64,000 bases of DNA, from contig JBEKII010000001.1 of assembly GCA_050011835.1 (NCBI GenBank), forward strand, positions 86,473 to 150,472, written 5' to 3'. This stretch comes from Minisyncoccia bacterium. GTDB taxonomy: Bacteria > Patescibacteriota > Minisyncoccia > Phycocordibacterales > Phycocordibacteraceae. A program made the translations under genes and the position numbers. The notes beneath the pieces are model-generated. The model did not search any database, had not been told where the DNA came from, and saw nothing but the letters and a program-made list of their open reading frames with translations. How positions within the stretch are numbered: the first letter of the stretch is position 1; every line of letters starts with the position of its first letter. Shown piece by piece: positions 56,908-64,000 of the stretch.

Positions 56908-57687
56908 TTACGACCCGAGAATTGTTACCGTCGCGGAGGCACTATTGTTATTCGTATTTGATTCTTCAACCGCGTGATCGAAGTTCGCGGTGACAGAAAT
57001 CATCTCATTGACTCCTCTGTTTGCCTGGTCGAAACCGAGAACGTAATCGATGCTATCGCCTGGATTTAGCGATTGCTGCGGTTGGGATTGATATATATAA
57101 GCGGTCTGTGTCGGAATGGATGCGCTAAAACGCCACGCGCCGCTCGCATTCGTGCCGATATTTTTTATGGTGAAACTCACTGCTGGACGGCTACCCGCGG
57201 GAACGGTAGAGCTCGCGACGAACGAATCCGCCGAAGCTGATTCAAGATATCCGACCGCGTTTATATTCACTATAAAATCAGGGAGGCCAAAGAATGCGGG
57301 CGTCGAAGTTGCACCACTTATTTGATAGATGGTGTCCGTCTTCGTGCCGGCAACTGTTTTGGTCGGTTTCGGCGAAGGGGTGGGGTGTTTTGGAGCTATG
57401 TTCGTTGATGCGGTTGAGCTTGCATCGCCGAAAGAAATCGTCGTTGGTGCAATTGGCGTAGAGACAATTGAGAGATGGGACGTGGATTCACGCGTGAAAA
57501 ACGAACCGAGGTAGACGGCCGCTGTGCCGGCATGATTTACCACGATGGGGACAAAACGCGTTGAGTAAACGGCGAGCCATATGCCCGCGGTGACAAGCGC
57601 AATGAAACCGACTACCGCGAGACCAGTCAATGTTTTGGAGCGGATTTGGGTGTTCGTTCGATCCATACGATATGTCATATATACCAC
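56908..57687 (-). CDS. Membrane-anchored CARDB/Ig-like domain protein
   Basis: N-terminal TM, Thr/Pro linker, PDF...FTIKNIG...VEESNTNNN. Confidence 0.75.
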   Translation of the reverse strand: MVYMTYRMDRTNTQIRSKTLTGLAVVGFIALVTAGIWLAVYSTRFVPIVVNHAGTAAVYLGSFFTRESTSHLSIVSTPIAPTTISFGDASSTASTNIAPKHPTPSPKPTKTVAGTKTDTIYQISGATSTPAFFGLPDFIVNINAVGYLESASADSFVASSTVPAGSRPAVSFTIKNIGTNASGAWRFSASIPTQTAYIYQSQPQQSLNPGDSIDYVLGFDQANRGVNEMISVTANFDHAVEESNTNNNSASATVTILGS

Positions 57688-57725
57688 GATGAACTTTTTA
57701 TGTCAAGCTTTTGCATAACGAATAT

Positions 57726-60575
57726 TTACGCGCCGAGAACTGCGAGCGCGCGGGTGAGCGCAAGTTTCGCGCCGGTTACTCCCGACGAGTAACTTGAATC
57801 GATCGCAATCGTGAGTGAGGCAATGAGCTTTTCCAGCGTTGGCGTCGTGAGGCGCGCGGTCAAGCGTGCGATATCTGCATCGCAAGCGGTGCCATCGATG
57901 CGGGCGCGGTACGCATCATCAAGAAGAAAGACAGCCGTAGAAATAAAATGTTCTGGGGCACCTCCACCGCGCACCTGTTGCCGCAATCCAGCAAAAACCG
58001 CCGTGCGATCGCCTTCAATAAGCGCGGCGGTAAAGCCGCGAACAGACGCGGGAATCTCTCCCGTTACGGCAACGGCGTTGGTTACGATCGGTTCAACGTT
58101 TTCATAAATTGGTTCTACGTTCTCATAAATCGGTTCGATGTTCGGTGGCAATTCCGTCTTGCGTTCGGCATTCGCTGCGGGATGTTCTCGCGACAAACTC
58201 TTTACGATGTCTTCAATGGAGAGCGCATCCTTATGCGCGAATGATTTAAACCCATCATACGATGAATACCCGCGAGGCGCTTCCGACAATTCCCGTTCCG
58301 CGACAGAGGAATGGACCGCAGGTGAAGGCGTTGCGGACGCAAATTTTGGCATGTTAAGTGTAGCCGAGACACGAACACCGAGATTGCGCGCGCGGCGATT
58401 CACGAATGGTACTGCGCCAAAGAGTACGAAATATGCAAGCGCGAGCGCCCAGACAATAAGCGCGATCCAATAGACCACAGTGCCAAAGGTCCCCAGGTCA
58501 AGACCGGTGTAAGGAATTTGCGAGAGATAGAGAAATGCGAGCGGCTGTGTACTCACATGCGGAAGTACCGAAAGCGTGATTGTTGGTACAAGTGAGCCGC
58601 CACCGCCGCCTCCACCTCCACCACCGCCACCTCCACCGCCGCCGCCTCCACCGCCGCCGCCTCCACCGCCGGTATTTACGGTGACGGTCGTAGAACACGT
58701 AATAGAATTTCCTGCGTTTGTGGCGGTACCGGTATAGGTAGTAGTCGTTGTCGGCGAAACAGATATCGTGCTTGACGCAACGGGCGTGGTCGTGCCAATA
58801 CCGTTGTCAATGGAGAAAGTATTGGCATTCGCCGTGGTCCAAGAGAGAATTGATGAATCACCCGAATTCACCGAAGTCGGATCCGCAGAAAGCGTACAAG
58901 TTGGCACTTCTGGTGGAGGAGGTGTCGGGTACGTACACGTCACGCCCGTTTGGCTCGTTGCGTTCGGGTTGTAATTGGTTGCGGTAGGGTCCATGCAACC
59001 GTAGATGGTGGTGGGTGGAGTTGGGTACGTACACGTCACGCCCGTTTGGCTCGTTGCGTTCGGGTTGTAATTGGTTGCGGTAGGGTCCATGCAACCGTAG
59101 ATAGGTTGCGAAACCGGAGTACAACTATCATAGGTTTGATTACCTGCTACGATACCGCAGGAGAGATCGCAAGAGTAGACAATATTGAAGGGCTTGCTGC
59201 AGTCGGTACTGGCTGACTGGAACGTGGCGTTCGTATAATTATACAAAGTGCTACATCTGCTACAGGTCTGGGGCACGGTCGAACAGAGAGCGGCTGTCCC
59301 GCCATAAACTCCAGAACAGGTCCAAGACCATGGACCACTGCCGCTGACCGGAGAAGCGAGCCCCGGATTGCAGAGAGTTGGCGGACCGGGGTATTGAGGA
59401 TTGGAAGGAATGGTGTTAGAGACGGGAGCAATTCCATTAAAAGAACCGCAAGAGCCGTTGATTGGCGCAGGAGTAGTACTTTCGTTACCACTACCTCCAC
59501 TGTCCCCGGCGGAATCGCCCGCGCCAGCACCGGTACTTGTTCCGTCACCTGCGCCAGTTCCGGCACTGCCTCCATCACCTGCGCCAGCTCCGGCGCTACT
59601 ACCATCTCCTGCGCCAGCTCCGGCACTGCCTCCATCACCACCATCTCCTCCTCCGCCGCCGTCACCGCCGCCGCCATCCGTTCCGTAATATCTAATTTGA
59701 GATTGAATGTTTTGGCCATAGTTTGTTCCGATTTGGCTCAAAGGAATTGAAAACGAATACGTTTCGTGTTGCCAAGAAACTTTATTGGTGTAAGTAAAAT
59801 TCTCCGTTCCCCATTCGGTTTTAGGCGGAGTTATGAGAAACGTTTTCAGGCCGTTATTCGTCACGACACCAAGTTCAACCCAATCGCCGTCTTTGCCAGT
59901 GTCATATGTATTATCGGAAGTCCAATCAACGTAAACGTAAAGATTTTTTTTATCGGCACTGAAATACGCATACCGCGTGGAAAAAGGATGACTTGACACA
60001 GGAATCTCGGCAAATGTGTATGTTTGCGTATCGCCAATGGTATATGTCAGGTAACCAGCATCCGGCCAGCGATAGGGTACGCCCTTGAAATTCTCTGCAA
60101 CTCCGGTAATGGTGAGTGATGAACCCTTTTGATTCCAATAAAATTCTATGGTGCGATTCCATGCATCAACGACATCATAGTCGGCGTGCGCAAATTTTTG
60201 TGTTGGCAGTTGAATATTATCAGAAAGGTCTTGAGCCGAATTGGGTGTTTGGCCGTTGAGGACTACTTCATCAAGATGCGCGGATTGGGTACCGCCATTA
60301 TGTGTAATCCGAATGCGATCACTCGGCTCTGGCAAGGTAAAGGTCTTGGTCGTGTACCGATTGGGATATGGCTGGCCAGGGAAAGGCGAGCTCGCCACAA
60401 ATTGCCACGAGCCATTAACGTATTCCTCAATGGCAAACGAGTCCGCGGCGTTGGCGCTCTGCGCGTAAGACACATTAAACAATGTGTTCCAGTTAAATTG
60501 CAATGCAAAACCGCGTATAAACGCGATGAGAACAAAAAATATTGCTACTATAATGGTGTAATAACGTAAACGCAT
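57726..60575 (-). CDS. Large modular surface protein with IPYTG (LPXTG-like) motif, TM and long C-terminal tail
   Basis: Signal/TM, beta domains, GAGAGDG repeats, Cys-rich region, two GCMDPTATNYN repeats, PKD-like domain, poly-Gly, IPYTG, TM. Confidence 0.8.
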   Translation of the reverse strand: MRLRYYTIIVAIFFVLIAFIRGFALQFNWNTLFNVSYAQSANAADSFAIEEYVNGSWQFVASSPFPGQPYPNRYTTKTFTLPEPSDRIRITHNGGTQSAHLDEVVLNGQTPNSAQDLSDNIQLPTQKFAHADYDVVDAWNRTIEFYWNQKGSSLTITGVAENFKGVPYRWPDAGYLTYTIGDTQTYTFAEIPVSSHPFSTRYAYFSADKKNLYVYVDWTSDNTYDTGKDGDWVELGVVTNNGLKTFLITPPKTEWGTENFTYTNKVSWQHETYSFSIPLSQIGTNYGQNIQSQIRYYGTDGGGGDGGGGGDGGDGGSAGAGAGDGSSAGAGAGDGGSAGTGAGDGTSTGAGAGDSAGDSGGSGNESTTPAPINGSCGSFNGIAPVSNTIPSNPQYPGPPTLCNPGLASPVSGSGPWSWTCSGVYGGTAALCSTVPQTCSRCSTLYNYTNATFQSASTDCSKPFNIVYSCDLSCGIVAGNQTYDSCTPVSQPIYGCMDPTATNYNPNATSQTGVTCTYPTPPTTIYGCMDPTATNYNPNATSQTGVTCTYPTPPPPEVPTCTLSADPTSVNSGDSSILSWTTANANTFSIDNGIGTTTPVASSTISVSPTTTTTYTGTATNAGNSITCSTTVTVNTGGGGGGGGGGGGGGGGGGGGGGGGGSLVPTITLSVLPHVSTQPLAFLYLSQIPYTGLDLGTFGTVVYWIALIVWALALAYFVLFGAVPFVNRRARNLGVRVSATLNMPKFASATPSPAVHSSVAERELSEAPRGYSSYDGFKSFAHKDALSIEDIVKSLSREHPAANAERKTELPPNIEPIYENVEPIYENVEPIVTNAVAVTGEIPASVRGFTAALIEGDRTAVFAGLRQQVRGGGAPEHFISTAVFLLDDAYRARIDGTACDADIARLTARLTTPTLEKLIASLTIAIDSSYSSGVTGAKLALTRALAVLGA
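58927..59102. repeat. Two identical 80-bp intragenic repeats (96-bp period)
   Basis: 58927-59006 equals 59023-59102; encodes IYGCMDPTATNYNPNATSQTGVTCTYP. Confidence 0.9.
59515..59680. repeat. 30-bp-period Gly/Ala/Asp/Ser repeats
   Basis: About four copies of cctgcgccag(c/t)tccggc..., encoding GSAGAGAGDG-like units. Confidence 0.8.
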
Positions 60576-60697
60576 GCGATTGTTTTCCTATTTCCGAAAC
60601 ACCTCCGAAGAGACGTGCCGGAAAAGGGATCCGTCGAGGAACATAAAGTGCATTCGCACCACGTTCCCCGACAGCCCCGAGCTCAAAGACCTTCCCA

Positions 60698-61789
60698 TCA
60701 CGGCCTATTCCTTTCCCAATAAGCCGCGTTGACCTGTCGCGTGCACCATCTTCCGCCATTTTCCTTTTCCCACGCTTCCGGAAAAACCAAAATGCGGCGA
60801 GACCCTCCCGACATAGTCGGAGAGGAAAACCAAGAAGGCCAGATTATTTGCTCAACCCTTGTCAGTTGGATTTCAGACAGAGGAATCGTGGCGATTCCGT
60901 CAACGAGACGGAAATTACCAAGATCCTCTATCACCGCCAACGTCGTTGGGTCCAGAAGCTGAACTCCGATGTCAGCATTGAGCGGTGCCCTGACGTTGAC
61001 AACACGAATAATCTCGTCTCCCAAACTCCCAGAGACATCGTCCGCTTTGTAGGCGCTGGGATCGCTAGCGTTCTTGGAGTCACGAGCCGCGGCTCTAACA
61101 ATCAACGTTTCTACCCTCTTGCCAAGTTTCTCCGAAGCATAATAGATCGACTCCATCGTCCAGGCGTTCGCGAATAGAACACGCCCTTTTGGACATCCAC
61201 TTGTCGGCATTGCAGGTGTAGGTGGTGGTGTAGTGAGCGGAGGAGAAGGTGGCGGCGCTATTAATCGAGGCGGAAGCGGTGTTTGGGGCCTGGTAGGAGC
61301 TGCTCCGATGACGTTGCCGCAATCGCCGGCGAGAATAAACTCGCCAGTGTTTGGGTCAGCCCAAACAGATTCGCCCTTAAGGAAGGCTCGATGCCATCCT
61401 CTCGCGTCGTACGTGTGTTTCTCTCCACGCACGAGCAATCTGCTAATTTGCCACTCACCGGTAGGAGCCGGCTGTTGCACTAGACTTTGCAGATACCGCG
61501 GAAGGTCCGCAATGTCGCCAAGTTTTGCACTAGGATGTGCGAGTTGGATGCCGTAGAAGTAATCGTGCGCGGTTGCACACGACCCGTCTTTCCTGCACCT
61601 CGCCGGGTTAAGCAGTTTATTTCCGGCCGGATCACTCGTGAGGGAACTTTCGACCAGTGCCGCGAGTTCGGTAGGATTCTTCAGCCCCTTCATCATTGGC
61701 ATACCCGTTCCAGCGGCATGCATTACATTCGCTAGCAGCGCGATTGCGAGCGCCAACACGACGACAATAACGATACTTTTCTTCATCAC
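60698..61789 (-). CDS. Hypothetical secreted protein with a Pro-rich linker
   Basis: Signal peptide, GAGGAGG SD, two domains with paired Cys separated by a PPPSPP linker. Confidence 0.7.
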   Translation of the reverse strand: MMKKSIVIVVVLALAIALLANVMHAAGTGMPMMKGLKNPTELAALVESSLTSDPAGNKLLNPARCRKDGSCATAHDYFYGIQLAHPSAKLGDIADLPRYLQSLVQQPAPTGEWQISRLLVRGEKHTYDARGWHRAFLKGESVWADPNTGEFILAGDCGNVIGAAPTRPQTPLPPRLIAPPPSPPLTTPPPTPAMPTSGCPKGRVLFANAWTMESIYYASEKLGKRVETLIVRAAARDSKNASDPSAYKADDVSGSLGDEIIRVVNVRAPLNADIGVQLLDPTTLAVIEDLGNFRLVDGIATIPLSEIQLTRVEQIIWPSWFSSPTMSGGSRRILVFPEAWEKENGGRWCTRQVNAAYWERNRP

Positions 61790-61871
61790 TTCCTCCTCGT
61801 GCCGCGCGAGCGGCTGTTTTATTGAAAGAACATTCTCTCCCTTTGCGGAGAGTCATCCCGACCTTTGAATT

Positions 61872-62540
61872 TCAAAGGGAGGGGTGACTTTCAACAAAAT
61901 CCGCGACAACAACAAAGCGATCGGTCTTCATGGTGAAGGAATCGCAAGTTGAAAGCGTCAACACCTTGCCGATGACCAAAAGCGGAATTATCGCATCGTT
62001 CGCGCTCTCCTTCGTGACGCTTTTCACCTGATAGGTATAGGCCATATCAGATGAGTACATCGTGACATCATCTCCCACCACGAGTTTCTGGATGCCATCA
62101 AAGGTCTTGTATGCTTGATTGCCGACAATCGGCAGATAACTTGAATGACCGAAGAGGACCACATTACCCTCCTCGCCAAGTTTCGCAGATGTCGGGTAAC
62201 GCACTGCGCCCGAGAGCAATGCGTGGTCAAGAATCGTCGCATCAGTCGTCGTTGGATTCGCGATGGTTGCCGAAAGATTGATGACGGGAATGACTATCTT
62301 TGTCGGCAATTCGGGAATCGTCGACATCGATGTGCTCACGCTCTCGGGATCAAGTTGATTCGTCATGTTTGACGTGCTCACTGAAACCTTTGTGGGAGAC
62401 GGCAAAAGGTCAAGTTGATTTAGCATTGCAATGCTCCCAAGAAATATAAAAACAAAAAGGCCCAGAAAAAGCCATTTCCTTGCGTAAATCCGCCTGCTGA
62501 CCCGGATGAGCCATACGATGAAATTAACAAACCCTCTCAT
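61872..62540 (-). CDS. Sortase family protein
   Basis: N-terminal TM; GNVVLFGHS (His), LTLSTC (Cys) and RFVVVA (Arg) catalytic triad. Confidence 0.88.
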   Translation of the reverse strand: MRGFVNFIVWLIRVSRRIYARKWLFLGLFVFIFLGSIAMLNQLDLLPSPTKVSVSTSNMTNQLDPESVSTSMSTIPELPTKIVIPVINLSATIANPTTTDATILDHALLSGAVRYPTSAKLGEEGNVVLFGHSSYLPIVGNQAYKTFDGIQKLVVGDDVTMYSSDMAYTYQVKSVTKESANDAIIPLLVIGKVLTLSTCDSFTMKTDRFVVVADFVESHPSL

Positions 62541-62590
62541 ATTGTCTTACTGATACGTACACCATGACAACAGTTCTGTCAAGAGAAACT

Positions 62591-62621
62591 ACGGGCGCAG
62601 ACCGCTGCGGTCTGCGCCCGT
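62591..62621. terminator. Perfect inverted repeat downstream of the FKBP gene
   Basis: acgggcgcagaccgc-t-gcggtctgcgcccgt. Confidence 0.6.
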
Positions 62622-62642
62622 TTTATTCTCTTCTTTTTTATT

Positions 62643-63164
62643 TTAGTGAGCTGCTTTTTGTACTTTCAAAAGTTCCACTTCAAAAATAAGTGTGGAGTTC
62701 GCCGGTATGACATTTCCGACTGCTTGGTCACCATAGGCAAGCGACGCGGGGATGATGAGATGGCGCTTCCCTCCTTCTTTCATGCCGACAATGCCTTCGT
62801 CCCAACCCTTGATTACTTGCCCCGCTCCAAGAATGAAAGTGAAGCCTGACGTACCGTGATTCGCCGAAGCATCAAAAACGGTACCGTCCGTGAGCGACCC
62901 GACATAATTCACCGTCACACTATCGCCCGCTTGGGCAGTTGCGCCCGTGCCGACAATTTCATCAGTTACTTGAAGTTGAGTTACGTTTTCGGTAGGCGTC
63001 GGCATAGCGGTTGGTGTGGTTTGAGTATTAGTGGTGGTAATTCCGGTCGGTGTTTCTTGCTGCGGAACCGGACTCGCGAAAATTGACATCCCATTAAATA
63101 TAAAGAAAAAGGCAACGACGGCGAGCGCGAGTGCAACGGCGATACCGGTCTGGGTTGGTTTCAT
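62643..63164 (-). CDS. FKBP-type peptidyl-prolyl isomerase, membrane-anchored
   Basis: VNYVGSL.DGTVFD, QVIKGWDEG and IPANSTLIFEVEL motifs. Confidence 0.95.
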   Translation of the reverse strand: MKPTQTGIAVALALAVVAFFFIFNGMSIFASPVPQQETPTGITTTNTQTTPTAMPTPTENVTQLQVTDEIVGTGATAQAGDSVTVNYVGSLTDGTVFDASANHGTSGFTFILGAGQVIKGWDEGIVGMKEGGKRHLIIPASLAYGDQAVGNVIPANSTLIFEVELLKVQKAAH

Positions 63165-63351
63165 ATGTGAATGATTATATTCAATATAACTGATATCATA
63201 CCATGAGTTATTCGGGTATACTTTTAATGAGTTCTTTTAACTTCTCATGCCATTCCTTTGGCGTGATCTCACTGACGGAGGCCCTTCGTTCATCTTCGCC
63301 AATCCCATTCTCGTCAATTTTTTCATTTCTCGGCGACCCTTCATTCATATG

Positions 63352-64000
63352 CTATTTCAAGAGATATCGTTCGCGAATCATATTTTCTACAGTAGCACGG
63401 TCGCGACCGTAGGTAAGAGACGAGAGGTGAATGAGGTCGTCCACCTGCGAAGGATTTCCGAGCGGATAATTGAGCGTTTTTATATCAAACGCTTTTTGCG
63501 GTACGCCACCCGCGAGAATCTTCACATACGCGTTGCGATTCTCTATATTAACGAAGTCCAGCGCTTCAAAGACCGGTGCAAATTGTTTGGCAAAATATTC
63601 CGCATCTTCTTCTCCGACACGGAAGACCACCATATTGCCCACGTTGCCAAAGATGGCGTCACGCGTCTTTTCTTCTATCTGGTTGAGGAACTGATGCGCC
63701 ATCGTGAGTGCAAGTTTATATTTGCGCGCTTCGGAGAGAATGCCGGGAATGGAATCGGTCGTTACGTTCTGAAATTCATCAATATACAAATAGAACGGCG
63801 GGTACGGCGTACGCGGATTATCTGCGCGCGAAAGTGCCGCCATAAAGAGTTTCCCGACGATAATGAGTCCCAAGAGATTTGCATTGCGTTCCCCCAAACG
63901 GCCCTTAGAAAGATTAATGAGGAGAATTTTCTTCGTGTCTATCATATCACGGAACTTGAACGATGATTCTTGCTGCCCCACGATCGGTCGAATGAAGTCG
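63352..64000 (-). CDS. VirD4/TraG/HerA-like ATPase, C-terminal part (extends beyond the window)
   Basis: LYIDEFQN (Walker B), LSEARKYKL..MAHQ and IFGNVG....FRVG..DA. Confidence 0.88.
   Translation of the reverse strand, partial: DFIRPIVGQQESSFKFRDMIDTKKILLINLSKGRLGERNANLLGLIIVGKLFMAALSRADNPRTPYPPFYLYIDEFQNVTTDSIPGILSEARKYKLALTMAHQFLNQIEEKTRDAIFGNVGNMVVFRVGEEDAEYFAKQFAPVFEALDFVNIENRNAYVKILAGGVPQKAFDIKTLNYPLGNPSQVDDLIHLSSLTYGRDRATVENMIRERYLLK

Noticed and set aside
1-64000. Alternative genetic code (UGA=Gly, as in Gracilibacteria)
   Set aside because: Conserved genes translate full length under code 11, and several end at TGA.
63352-64000. Conjugative element indicated by the VirD4-like ATPase
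   Set aside because: No relaxase or other tra genes are in the window and the neighbours look chromosomal; this cannot be fully excluded at the window edge.

Overview
A chromosomal segment from a Patescibacteria (CPR) genome, most consistent with Parcubacteria; this assignment is inferred from gene content and order. It reads with standard genetic code 11 and almost all genes are on the minus strand. Core content: trpS (partial), pyrD, tyrS, grpE-dnaK-dnaJ (dnaK is broken by a short frameshifting deletion), the infA-rpmJ-rpsM-rpsK-rpsD-rpoA-rplQ-rplM-rpsI block, alaS, ung, mnmA, mltG, leuS (with a Nudix domain inserted), ychF, folD, ddl, ndk, uvrBAC, tgt, a sortase with a candidate IPYTG surface substrate, an FKBP, and the end of a VirD4/HerA-like ATPase. 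Seven tRNA genes are present: Tyr, three Ala, two Pro and Val. The most notable structure is two arrays of small integrase-free gene cassettes stacked in tandem at the 3' ends of tRNA-Ala(TGC) (three units, about 41480-46808) and tRNA-Ala(GGC) (two units, about 37681-39154). The units are bounded by conserved non-coding ends that meet at a short tRNA-acceptor-like core (GTGG[A/G]CC), and they carry unrelated cargo, including a queuosine-salvage hydrolase. Other signals are in-frame palindromic micro-insertions in ychF and uvrA, widespread apparent leaderless transcription of core genes, zinc-ligand loss in TGT and L36, and non-canonical tRNA features. All calls come from reading the sequence by eye; no searches were run.
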